Positions 12,359 through 24,430 of a DNA stretch of 44,950 nt are shown here, in pieces. The first letter of the stretch is position 1. Each line of letters starts with the position of its first letter. Both the position numbers and the translations under genes were made by a program. The stretch spans positions 78,233 through 123,182 of the forward strand of contig DF237213.1 of the NCBI GenBank assembly GCA_000708835.1, written 5' to 3'. The stretch comes from Klebsormidium nitens (Eukaryota > Plantae > Klebsormidiophyceae). Under the pieces are notes generated by a model that searched no databases, was not told where the DNA came from, and saw nothing but the letters and a program-made list of their open reading frames with translations.

Positions 12359-15300
12359 CTAGTGAGGCACTCGCAACCCTTTCGTTTGTAGCACCCTTAG
12401 ATAGGCCTCTTTCAGATCGTGGAACTTGCTTTGCGCCTCTCCCGAAGCTAGCAACAATGCGTCACTCCCCTTCGAAGTGCGGCACCCGTCTCGCTTTCCC
12501 TTTTCTGCGTAGGCTGCGTCCTTCGTTTGAGGAGCCTTCACAGCACGTGACGTCACTGGTGCCCAGGCCCAAGGTTTGGGAGGGCCGTCGAGGCTGCTGT
12601 CGCTACTGCTCAGACTCTGATGCGGAACACCCGCTTTCAGCGACGCCGTCGCCTGTACTTCCCCTTTTTCTGGAACGCCCGTCTGCCTTTCTCCAGCCCC
12701 AACTGGAACCCTCGCCTCCGCTCTCCCCTCGTTTGACGTCAGCGGCTCCGCGAAACTGATGCTCCGAGCAGTGGGCGCTCCCGCGTACCCGGGCCTCGCC
12801 TTGCCCGCCTGCGAACCCTCAGGCCCCCAGTCGCTTGCTTGTTCCTGCTTGTCTGGAGAGGTGTCCGGACTGGGCGTCAAGAACGACACACTGTCTTCGT
12901 CCGTTTCCTGTTCCAAGCACGACTCCGCCCCCGCACGCTGCCTCCCCACCCCGCCTTCTTGACCCCGCAAACCGTGCTCAGAACCTCGAACCAACCCCTG
13001 CGCTCTTGCAACAGGGCGACACCTGTCCGTAGGCGATTGGCCAGCCTCCCTCGTTCGAAGCCTGGTCTGTAGCGTCTCAAGCTCCCTCGTTAGTTGCAGC
13101 ACCTGAAAACGGCAATCTTCGTACTCGGCTTGCGCAGTCTCCCGCTGCGCGCGCTCTTGCTCCGCGCTGCTCTCAGCTTCGGTCAGCCGTTTTCGAAGTG
13201 CCACCACTTCTGCCTGGCACCGCACCTGCAAAGTAAGTGGACTCAGTAAAATGGAACTCGCTTCAGCTATCAAGTTTTTGCTGGATGCTTCAAAGGGTGA
13301 ATCAGAGTCGAGACAGGAGGGAAGCCCGGCATGGTGCAACGGACCTGTACTTAGCTTTAGTCTGACGGGCCAGAGGGCTTCGCCGCTCCTTTCTCGTTGT
13401 TTCGTTTGGATGGGATGTCTAACGAAGGTGCTTGCTAGAAGTAGGCATCTCTGGCCGCGTCAATATCCAGAACGCAAACTTCCAACACGGACAGAGATTG
13501 AAGTGAGACGACACAAAGGCCTCCAATGTGCGAGGTCGATTGCAAGAGCAGCCCCATGTGCACCGTAGAAACGACCCGGGAAAGGTCGTCTGCTCTCCTT
13601 CGAGAAAATCTTTAGGAACGGCCAGCAACCGCACCACACGGCTGCACTCCACAACAATCACACGCAATCTTGCACAGGCAACAACTCGTTGCACAAAGCG
13701 CGGTTCGCACCTGGGCCGCCTCGGCTGCCTTGGCCGCTGCCTTGGCCTCCGCCAGCTCCCTCCTCATCCGCGCCCCCGCCTCCCGGGCCCTCTCCCCGCC
13801 CGCTTTCTCCGCCTCCCTCTCCCCCGCTAGCTCGTCCGCTCGCGCACGCAGGGCCTTCGCCTCCCTCCGCGCCGATTCGAGCAGCGCCGCACTGTCTTTG
13901 GCAGCGGTCTGGGCGGTCTCCAGGTTGCGTGCAAGGGCCTCGTTCTCTGCCTTCTGGAACTTGACACGTTGCAGCTGCAAGGGAAATGACGGCTCAGCCC
14001 CAGGTTCTCATGAACCAGCAACTGCAGAGAGGAACCAGGGAAACGTCTCGATGCACTCGACAAAAATAGCTACGATATCGTCTGACTGTATACTTCGCCC
14101 TTGAAGACCGTTCTTCGATGGCGACAGTTAAAAGGTTAGATCCAGGCGACATATGATCCAAGAGCCCGAACGACTCTCGACAGCTTCGTGAATGCGTCGA
14201 CTGCTGTTTGAGCCCGGACAAGGAGAATGGTTCGTTTGGCGACCCTGAGCTGCCCTGGGCCCGGGGGCTGTTAGAAGGTGCCTTTATGGCTCGGAGTCAA
14301 CTTTACCGGAAGACACGCTTTGCTTGTGTCAAAGACCATGCTCATCAAGACAAAGAGACTCACATAACACAAAGCAAGATGGAATGCCCCAGTAGGTCCC
14401 CTCCGAGTTCAGACCTAGCCAAACCCGCGAAGCCTGACCCAAAACCATTGGGGCCGATGAGGAGCTGCGCACCGTTCGATGGTCAAAAAGTGTGCATCTG
14501 ATGGCTGTGACCTTGCCATCTGACCACGTGGAGCTCTGGTCAAACTGCATACGTCAGGAAAGGCACCATCACACGCTCACTGCACACAGAAACAGGTTTT
14601 GAGATGCTCAAATATGTATTTGAAGGCTAAGCAACAGCCCCCAGGCGCAGGGTCCCCAAAAAAACTACTCTCCTTGTCGGCCCTCTGTTGTCAATGGAAA
14701 GTGGGCCAGGCATTAATTGCCGTTGCTTTCGGATTTACATACCCTATGTTACCGAAAAGAGACAAGAACCAAACGCCCACCAGCGCCTTGTTGGTCTCCT
14801 GCAGCCTGGCCTCCCTGCGCCGCGCCTCTCTCAGCTGCTCCTCTCCTTGCGCCGCCCCCTCCCGGAGCGCCCTTTCCGCGACCAGCACTCGACTCTCGAA
14901 CACCACACTAGCAGCGCCCGCCTCTTTCTTAGCCTGGTCCCTTAGTGCCGCTATTTCGGTCTCGAAGTCGGCTTCCAGGTGTTGGAGCACGCGGGCATGC
15001 TCCGCTTGCTGCTGCTCCAATCTGACCGCTAGTGATGTCGCTGCCCTGTCCTTCTCGGAGACTTCTGCCTCCAAAGCCTGCAGCGGAGAACAGCATTGCA
15101 GCTCAGAATCGCACCGCGCAGAATTGGAAGTGCTGCGGAAGCCGAGGGTAACGACCTGTCAAGGACGCATGACCAGATCGACTGTACTCCAGCAGGTACG
15201 TTGCTCGGAGAACATAAAGAAGGCGAGTAAAGCGGAAATCGCCTGAACAAGTCACCATTTCAGACAAGGTTACTTGCTAATACATGCCACAGCTCCCAGC

Positions 15301-16873
15301 CTGCAGACTCAAATGAGCGAGTGGTCAAAGAGTGCACTCTAGCTATGAGCATGAGCACGTTGTTTTTGAAGAATATTGCGAGCCAGGTAAGGTGGCCTCT
15401 TATCTGTAGAGAGACCCAAGCGCTGCACCTACTTTCACCCTGTACTGCCCACTGGCTGCTCACTGTTGGTCCAGTACTGACCTGCACGCGTGTGCGCAGT
15501 TGCTGGACCTCCCCAGTCTTTTCCTCCACTTCTCGCGTTAGCCTCGATATTGAGTCCTCCCAACGAATCTCCCCCCCGCTGCTTCTCTCCCGAGCAGTCA
15601 GTGGCACTTCGTCACCACTTCCGGTGTTTCTTGCCCCCTCTTCCGTCCTCGAGCTCGGGTGTCCCGTCTGCTCGCTTCGCACTCGCTTCTCTTCCACTTT
15701 TCCGATCCCGTCCCGCTCACTGCCCAATCCCGGGTCACCTGCTGGGCGTTCCACAACAGTGCTGCTCAATGTGAGGTTGTTTTCGACCTCTTCCCCCGTA
15801 ACTGCTTCGGCCCTGGCGCTCGGCACCTTGAAAGCTACTTCAGAGCCCTTCCCGTCACGAGAAGCCTCTCGAGGCGCAGCCGGACCTTCCTTGATTCGCT
15901 CCTCAGAAGGGGCCACTTGATGTATCTCTGGATCTTTTCTTGGTAGCATGAGTTGGACAATCGGCTCTACAGGACTCAAGCTTTCCACTTCCTCGTATCT
16001 GGGCGCAGGTTCATGCTTCCAACTCCCAACACCAACAGGTGTGTCTCCTCCGTGGCCCGCTCCCAACCCAGCCAAGCTGCGCTCCAGCAGCGCTGCCAGG
16101 GACTGCCACTCAGACTCCAGCTGGCCCCCGGCAGGCTGAACCCCCGCTTGCCGAGCCCCCTTCCATTCGCCATCACCACCAGCAACAGAGTCCAGGTAGT
16201 CCAGGTCGGGTATGCCAGGAAAGGCACTCGCGTCTTCGCCAAGAAGCGAGTCCTCCAGAGCAATTGCCTGCAAGAACGGGTCGTCGGCAACAGGCTCGGA
16301 AACTCCCGTTGTGTCCGTCCAGCGAAGCGGGTCCAATTTACCGAATGCACGTTGCAACGGGTCGGGAGGCACTTCCCTGGAGGAGCCCCCTGGAGCTCCT
16401 CCCTGCCCTTGCTTCTCCCCTCGCCCGCTTTCCCCCCTCCACCTGCGCGTGCGCCCCCTGCTCTCCTTCCGTACCCGCCGCTCAGCCCTGAGCTGCTGCA
16501 CCAGCTTGTCCGACTCCGTCAAACTCCTGAGCACCGCCATCTGTTCCTTGACTTCGTCAGAGCTGCCGCCAGGCTTCCGCGACCTGGGGGGGTCTCTCTC
16601 CGGAGGGGAAAAGCTGTAGCCTACGTGCCCTCCCCAAGCTCGCCCCTCCCGGCTGGCCTCAATTCCATCCTGAGGATTGATACTGGACCAGGAGGCAGTC
16701 CGAAGGGCTGTGGTAAATCCTTTACGAGGTTGCTTCTGTGGTTCAGCTGCGCCGGGGTTTGGCATGGGCGACGGGAGACTGCTGCTCGAGGTCTGCTCCT
16801 CGCTGTTGAGAATCTCCACCAGCTCGGTGACGTCAAACTCCCTGGCTGACCGCACCCGCATCCTTCCGCCCAT
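12359..16873 (-). CDS. Large coiled-coil / low-complexity protein of unknown function; ~4 exons, ~940 aa
   Basis: Exons 16873-15482, 15077-14781, 13974-13711, 13225-12359 join in phase 0 with GT-AG sites. Central exons are E/A/R/Q-rich heptads; termini are S/P/G-rich. No domain recognised. The 5' start and possible extra exons are uncertain. Confidence 0.7.
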
Positions 16874-16953
16874 TATCCACCTTTTATCGCCCTACATTTG
16901 CTTCAGTCTAGGAAGATAACCAACTTGAAGGAACAGCCCCCTGGATTTCTGGC

Positions 16954-17665
16954 TCACCTCTTGGCCTCTGCATACCCCGCCTCCTGCAGTTCCCTGACTG
17001 CTTCCCGCTTCATGCGCACCCACAGCTTGGCGGCCTCCCTCTCCACCTTCTCCTGCTGCAGCTGCCCCGACTTGTTGTCGACGCGCGTCGATAGCCGGGT
17101 CTTCAGATTGGCCCCCCTGGGGCCACCTGTCTCCAGAAACTTCTCCACAGCCTCCTTGTCCCCCGGGTACGGATACTCAATGTGCTCATAGCGGTGGGCG
17201 AGAGCTTTCTCCTCCTGCACAAATGCCATAGCGATACATTTCCTTTTTGGACCTACCTAGACTTGGCCCCATTGGCACAGTGGACAAGTCGTCAAGCAAG
17301 AGCGGCGACCTCGATACATATCTGCAAGAATCTCCTTGCATACGAAGAAGTCTATGAATTGTGTGCACTGTAACTCTGCTGCGACACACAGGAATGTTGG
17401 TAAGAAAACGTTAGCTAAGCAACAAGTGAAAGCAGGATCAGTGATCATCAAGTGCAGAAGCCAGATGCCAGATATCAAGCCAGATCGAAGCAGAAGCAAT
17501 TGAGCTGAGTCTATGCAATTCGAGGCGACTCGCCTTAGTGCGCCCCTTCAGATTGAACCATCCCAGGGGTGAGTATCGATCAAATGCCCACACGGCTGCG
17601 ACAAGCGCATACGTGATGCCAGCACCCTTGATGAGGGGCCAGATGCCGGAGGAAGCACCACTCAT
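16954..17665 (-). CDS. Small (~130-135 aa) putative membrane protein with an N-terminal hydrophobic helix and a YPYPGDKEAVEKF motif
   Basis: Exon 17665-17534 (MSGASSGIWPLIKGAGITYALVAAVWAFDRYSPLGWFNLKGRTK) joins exon 17214-16958 (EEKALAHRYEHIEYPYPGDKEAVEKFL...EAAKLWVRMKREAVRELQEAGY) in phase 0 through a GC-AG intron. It ends at TGA 16956-16954 if unspliced, or at TAA 16875-16873 if the GTGAG donor at 16957 is used. It resembles a small conserved land-plant protein from memory; not verified by search. Confidence 0.72.
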
Positions 17666-17812
17666 GTTCAGCAACACGCCAACGACCACCTCTATAGGTA
17701 CAGGGCTGTGCAAAATGGCTCTAGAGCTGGATCAGAAGCACCATGCACTGCAAATTGCGATGAACCAAGGCTAGTCATACCGTAACCCAGTCCTACACTG
17801 CCAGTGCTAGTA

Positions 17813-18629
17813 CCGTAGTACAAGGTAATGAATCCGAATAATTAAATGATTAACTGCGTTCGGACAGTCAGAATTTCGAATTTCCCGTTCGGAAAGTGGA
17901 AATTCGGAAAGGTTAAATAATTCTGGAATGGTCCTCGGAAGCCCCAAAACGGCCAAAAAAGCCCTAAAAATCCTCTTCTAAGTGAGAACATAGGGCATTC
18001 GGATTTGTGTCGGAATCAGCATAAATAAATCCGCTTTCCTGGTCGGATTCAGTGTTTCCACTGGGGGCCCGCCACCAGCCATTATCGCCCCCAATGGCCG
18101 ATATCGTCCCCCAATAGGAGGGGCTTGGGGGCCCAACGGGCCCCCAATGCTCGAGTCAAGGGGGCCCGACGGGCCTCCAAAGAGCATCGTTGAGGGGCCC
18201 TGTTGCCCCCATACTTCACTGTGAGGGGGCCCAACATTACGAGTTATTCTAAGCTTATATGTAACTTGCGATTAATATTGCGTGTACAACTGTGTTTAAA
18301 TATCGACAATTCGTCTATTAGGGGGGTTCTTTAGGAAGACCGACCCTGAGTACCCCTGCTTATGGAATTGAGCGTTAATTTTGTCTCATACGACCTAGCA
18401 GGGGGCAGTTTCGCGCAGATTGTGGGCCCCCAATCAGTGACTGGAGGGGGCCCTTAGGCCCCCGATTGAGCGGCTGAGGGGGCCCACCGGGCCCCCGAAG
18501 AACGGGCCCAGGGGGCCCGGGGGCCACCAATTGAAAAAGTTAGCGGAAAGCCGGAAACACTGGTCGGATTGTCGGAAAATAATTCGAAATAAAATTGTTC
18601 GGAATTATCACGTTGGACCAAGTCTACGG
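17813..18629. mobile_element. Probable degenerate non-autonomous DNA transposon (TA-flanked CCGTAG...CTACGG, possibly pogo/Tc1-mariner-like) hosting a nested MITE
   Basis: GTGCTAGTACCGTAG (17804-17818) is a 14/15 inverted match to CTACGGTACTAGTAC (18624-18638). About 12 TCGGA/TTCGAA-type motifs continue on both sides of the nested insert. Confidence 0.45.
18050..18562. mobile_element. hAT-type MITE, 513 bp
   Basis: 10-bp TIR CAGTGTTTCC (18050-18059) / GGAAACACTG (18553-18562). Perfect 8-bp TSD GTCGGATT at 18042-18049 and 18563-18570. Many GGGCCC-type subterminal repeats. No ORF. Confidence 0.88.
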
Positions 18630-18763
18630 TACTAGTACTACAGAATCCAAGTCACACACACACAGTCTCAGATGCACAGTCTCATGCAGCCAGATCCAGG
18701 AGGGCGCGCGCCGCGCGCGATATATCATGATGATGCACATTGCATGCAATAATGGACTAGTAA

Positions 18764-19192
18764 GGGTACCGTCACTTTGAAGTGGCACCCCCTTAGGTAT
18801 TCTGTTGGGGGGGGGGGCTTGGGTTGCTTCAGCCAACCAGAGGCGGGGAGGGGGGGGGCGCTTTGAGGCCTTTGGCTTGGGGCGAAGCCCCAGCCGGATT
18901 TCAGCTGGAATACATGCTTTTTCATGCTGAAATAGATCATCTTTTAGCCCACGGGTAAGAGATGGTAGACCATGGATGTATCAAAGAAGCACTTTTCAAC
19001 CTTTAAAAGGGGCGAATTTATGCATACGACAGTGCTTATGTCCAAAAAGTTTGCTCGGGTGGTGCCCTATGTGGACCGGGGCCTTGACCTTTTCTGTGAA
19101 GGCAAGGCCGGGAGGGGGGGGGGGCTTGAGACCCTCCAGCCAAAGTGCCTCTAAAATACCTAACCGGGTGCCACTTCAAAGTGACGGTACCC
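18764..19192. mobile_element. PIF/Harbinger (Tourist-like) MITE, 429 bp
   Basis: 27-bp perfect TIR GGGTACCGTCACTTTGAAGTGGCACCC, extending further with few mismatches (TTAGGTATT). 3-bp TSD TAA at 18761-18763 and 19193-19195. Confidence 0.9.
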
Positions 19193-20245
19193 TAATGCCG
19201 ATCCTGGATTGCTTTCAAATGGGAATATTGCGAAATTCTCCGAGTATGACGATACTTCAAGCTATGTACCGGTAGTTGCAGTGTTAAGACTCAATCGCCT
19301 TTCAGATACACAATAACAGACCACAGGCTTCCCTCAAAATCTGACACCGCACTGATACGCTGAAACTGATGTCATCATAGCATGTCAGGCGGCAGTTTTT
19401 GTCAGGCTTCGTGAATCCGCATCATGATCATGGTCATGCAAATCTTGAAGGCGGCATGGCCGATGATGGTTTTACCGTATTGCATGCGCGTTCTTCAGCT
19501 TCCTGGCATTGCACTGCATGGCACTCTTCGCCCTCTACGTAGCTCTCTAGACGGTCCATCCTGCAGGTATTTCAGGTAGCTGCATTTGCTGCCAAAGCCA
19601 ACTGACTGCAGCCTGCTGCTGCCGCTCATTCTGCTTGCAGAGGGGTCAACCGGCGCGAAGCCGCCAAGAGTGCGGTGGGGGCCGTTTCGGCGACCGTCGG
19701 ACAGCTGTTGGTCCGCTTGGCATCTTGCGATGCTGAAAGCTTGGGGCATGAGTTCACTTGCAGCGCCCCGTGTGGCAGGCTGCTGAACTGTTTTGAGAGA
19801 AGGTGAAGAGAAGGTGAGGGCTCTTGTTTCTGGATCCTTGCATGTCTTCTATTGGTACGGTCCGAGTCAAAGCTGCATCAGATGCCTGTGCAGTATCGGA
19901 AGCAGCAAGGGCGGCCTTGTAAGTGGGTATTGCTGGCTCCGATGGAACGCATATACAAGTGAACATGCTTCAGCAAGCCTTCTGTCAAGAGCTTTCCAGC
20001 TTCTGTTTAGGTGTCCATCTTCCCCACTCGACACGGGAAGGCATGCCAGCATAGGCGCTGCTTCCATGAATTCAATGCTGAGTTCGGCAAAGTTGACTGG
20101 TGACAGTCTTGTTTACCATTGAGATCCCTGTCACTTTAGTTCCTGGTGCCGTTGACTATGGCAGTTGAACATGAGGCTGTACTCAGAGCTGTTGCTTACC
20201 TCTGTCTGCTCTTTTGTGCAACAGACTTGTAGCCCACTCTTTTTC

Positions 20246-23200
20246 ATGGGATCATATAAGGATGGGGCGGAAGAAGTGGTACTTGCAAAGAGGAAGGGCA
20301 GCCCAGCAGAGGGGGTGGGCCTTCTTAACGTAGCGGATGATCGGGTGGACCTACAGATCAAACCATCTGAACTCAAGGGCGCGCGAGCAGAGCTCTCTGG
20401 AGTACGTGCCCAGTCTAGTAGCACAGACCAGGCCCGGCCGTACGAGAGGCATGCCTTCAGCGGCTACTTCAACAATCCCGTGCCTTCCACTTCACAAAAC
20501 TTGTCCCAAAGTAGTCCCCAGGTCGAGCAGCCCCCTAGCCAAGTTTCCTCCGGCCATCCCCTGAAGTGCCCCAAGGTGGACTGTGCAGGGCCCTCAGGCA
20601 CTGCACCGTTTGTTTCAGAACCTGCCGCCTCTAGTTGGGAGCAGGCTAGGCCGGCCCCCAGCCCATCGTGCCCCCCCTCCACGTCGAATGCTGCCACTCA
20701 TTCCGCAGTGAAGAAAATGTACGAGATTGATTGTCCAAGTAGCCGGGCGGCGCCTGCTGGCCGTGGCGCTGGCGTAGAGCGGCGCAGCATTGTCCAAACG
20801 GGGAGGGGCTTGGCCGCTCCTTCCGGCCCCCCATGGCAGTGGTTCCCGCCACGGGCCGCTCAAGCAAACGGCCCTCTAGTGCCGGAGCCTCCTCCCCTCC
20901 CTGCGGAGCTTCTGGAAGAGGAGGGGCTATCCGCATGTCTAGAAGCAGCAACGTGCGCCCCCAGCGCAGTGGAGCAGCTCGGATCTCCCTCTTTAGCTTC
21001 GTCGGATCTGTTGGGTTGGGTAGGCCACGGCAAAGCGGAGGAGGGCGATGCCGCGCTCAGCCTGGAGGACCTGCCGCGAGTGCTTCTGGTGGCGGTGCTG
21101 GCGCACCTCCCGCTGCCGCGCGATGTCGTGGCATTTGGCGCCACCAGCAGGGCTGCAAGGGAGGTTGCCAGCGACGCGGCACTCTGGAAGGCGCTTTTCG
21201 CAAGCAGGTGAGCTAACAAGTCTGTTCCAGCAATAGAGGCCCAGAGAGGTCAATCGGCCCGCTCGCTTCCTTCCCGCCATCCTCTCTGTACATTTAATTT
21301 TCCGTTGCCACGTGTCCTCATTCCAAGCCCCAAAGCTATCGCTTTTGATTACCATCTTTAGCGCATCGTTGATCAATAGGCAACGTGTCTGTACAAGCGG
21401 TCTGTGTGACATGTTGCACTGTGCTGCAGGTGGGGGCTCCCTGCTGCCCTGTCCGCCCAGCACAACTCGGAAGTGAGCCTGCAGCAAGAGTATGCATCCC
21501 GAGAGCGCTTTCTACGGGAGCTGCGGTCGAGCCCTCTCCTGGTAGGGGCGCTTACGGAGCTTGAAGCAATGCAGGTGTGCCGCCACCTGTCGGGGGCGCT
21601 GGATTTGCTCACAGTCGACTCCCTGGCAGTCTGCCAAGCCCACGCAGCCATACTGCTCAAGGTGAGGTGCCTTTGCGTTGTGCGTCCACTGGGTTTGGGG
21701 TTTGGTCGGATTTAGGCAAATTTGAGGGCCTTTTGCGAGGAGGTTACCCTGGGGTTCCACTGCTCAACATGAGGGAAGAGCTGTTTGATCTGTGTTCTCC
21801 TGACATTCATTCCCGAAATCGACTTCGCAATTTGTTGTATCATCAAAATTTCTGTACACAGCTGCACGGTCAGGGTCATACCTCGCCCCAGTCACCTCCG
21901 GCTAACATTTCCCTTGTTCTGCTTCAAAGATTCAGCCGTGGGCTTACAGGATTGCACGTGGGTCTGATTGTGTCCTGTTAGGACACTCTTTTCAGTAATA
22001 CTGGATATTTTAATGTTCAAAAATACCCACCCCCCACTTCTCTCTGCAGGAGGTGGATCTCTTCCTGGGCCTTCTGCACATCTTCCGCCGATCACCGTCC
22101 CCGGAAGATGATCCTGCATACGCTGAGGCGTACAACCTGGCCTGTGCAGTCTACGGGACCCTCGTGAGGCGCTGTCAAAAATTGGCGGGAGCACGGTTGC
22201 TGAGGTGCAGCGCTCCGACTTTTACTTCTTAGTTCGGACTCAAGAATACAACTCCAGGCACACGGTCTGGCCACACTTAATACAGGCATCCTGCTGAGCT
22301 TGCTTGTATCTTTACACAGATTCTACTAGATCCTTTCATATTACATTCCTTTACTTTTCCCCGTACTCCTGCCTTTCCCTCTGCGGGCGGCTGGATGTGT
22401 TTGCCCCTGATAGCGCCTTACGGGGCTCTCCTTCCATTGCAGGCGTGAGGACGGGCGGTCCCCTCGGCTGCAGGGCTCGAGCACTCCGCAGTGCCGCTTC
22501 TCGTGCGAGAGCATTTTCGCGCACTTCGTCCAAAACCTGAAGAAGCCCAGCATGTATGCGGGGCCGCTCGCGCTGCCGGACCCTGCCGGGCCGCCGTCGG
22601 TGGTGTGTCTCGAGATGTGCGAGGCGCTGCTGCCGCACATGTACCTGCTGCCCGTGCAGATCTGGGATCTCTCCACGCCCATCGCCGACTGGAACGGAGT
22701 GGTGAGTGAGCAGGAAGGTCGTCGCCATCCTCGTGTCGATTGGGCAGATATGCTTTGTTTCTGAGCAGAAGCCTGAAGCACTTCGGGATCCGTACGTAGA
22801 CCCAGCGCTTTGGACCGGGGCTGCTGAACCAATGCGACAAGGGGTTCATGTTGAACTTAATTGGGAGCAGAAACGGTTCTTCTTTTCACTAGCGCCAGTG
22901 CATCGGGTTGAGTGCTGGGCTCTTGGTCCTTTGGACAAAGTCAGTGCCCCGACTTGGAACGAGAACTCATCGAGCCGGGCAGTGACTAGATTGCACATGC
23001 CAAATCTTCTCCTTCTGCTGTCCCAGAAGGTCCGCAGTAGGGCAGTAGGCCGAGCCCGCTTCTCCGTCTCCTTTCTCCTTCTGACTGCCCGTCCCCACAG
23101 GAGTGGCCCCGCTTCAGCGAGGAGCCGTTCCGGCGGTGGCTCCTCCCGGACTGGCGCGCGCAATTTCCCGGACTGTGGCACGGCTACTACATGTTTCGCA

Positions 23201-23774
23201 ACCAGGGCCAGCTGGGGGCGCCCGACCCCGCCATGCACCTCACGCTCGCGCTTGAGGGTGTCGCGCCCGAGGAGGACGGCGCAGACTGGATGTACGTGCT
23301 GCGCGGAAGCGGGGACGACGGAATGGGGCCATTCTCGATAGAGGGAACAATCCGCCCGGTGAGAGAGGGCTGTCAAAGTGGGTTTTGCTGGTCGACGTTG
23401 GGTTTTGCTGACAACGTGCAAGGTCGTGCATCCTTTTTGGAGCATGTTGACCTCGGAGCATGTTGACCTTTGAGCAGCCTTTGTCCAGTTTCTCCTTCGC
23501 AAAGATCTGCCGCATCTTTCGTGACACGGCTCTTCTCTGCCAGGTGCCTCCACCGGCGGTCCCTTCCTCGCGCACTGTGTTTGGGGGAGTCGAGTTCTCG
23601 AAGGCATACGATGAGGCTTTGGAAGAGGACGGCCTGCTGTATTTTGTGGGGCACCTCACGGCTCTAGGCATGACAGGTATATGGGGCAACAAGCTGACGG
23701 AAAACGTCAAAGGGACGTGGGCGATGACGCCAGTCTCCGCATTTCCCGATAACGCGCGCGGTTCGCTTTGCTAG
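20246..23774 (+). CDS. F-box protein with a long S/P-rich N-terminus and a C-terminal beta-rich domain; ~6 exons, ~675 aa
   Basis: F-box LEDLPRVLLVAVLAHLPLPRDVVAFGATSRAAREVASDAALWKALF. Exons 20246-21207, 21430-21661, 22050-22163, 22474-22701, 23101-23358, 23544-23774. The start could be 20165, and the exon 3/4 junction is uncertain. Confidence 0.78.
23439..23469. repeat. Short tandem duplication in an F-box gene intron
   Basis: GGAGCATGTTGACCT at 23439-23453 and 23455-23469. Confidence 0.85.
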
Positions 23775-24430
23775 GCAGAGACACGATATAAATTACAGTA
23801 GAAAAGAGTAGGGACAGCAAACAATTGAGGAGCTCCTATCATGCTGAGTTATTGCGGAAGTAGTATCGGAAGCTGTGATTCTTGCATTTATATTGACGTT
23901 GTACCATTAAGGCCTTCGGCTTCGCCACAAACATGCGTACGTAGATCCACACGACTGATCAGGATCATTCACCTGCCAAATAGTTTACCAGTTTCCCACA
24001 GCATGCTCTTCATTGATTGCTGAGACTGTACGGGGGTCACGGACCCGAGGTTTGAAGCTCAGTGAAGCTTCGGAACTTTGGAAGCTTCAGCAGACTCGCT
24101 TATACCTTCAATGACGCGTTGGATCATTTATTGAACGCTCTTGATGCCACATGCAATGTCTCATGACTCAGACATAAATTGACCTATACACCATCCGAGG
24201 CATATATGTCCAAAGATGTTCGATCTCTTTTCAAAACGCCGTAGCCACATGGCCGCCATCTAGGCTTCCGACGATGGCATATTTGGAAATCAACATTTGG
24301 AATTTGGACACCTAGCTACCCTTAGTACGTACCGAATCTCCATCAGTGTGCTATACAATAGTCCTTAATTACTACGGTAGCTAGCTCCTGGCAACCGCTA
24401 TTTATGATCCAACTGAGACTGCGTACCCTT

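Noticed and set aside
15321-16849. Long plus-strand ORFs (199 aa and 298 aa)
   Set aside because: Antisense to the large coiled-coil exon; no motifs, and expected from stop-poor GC-rich sequence.
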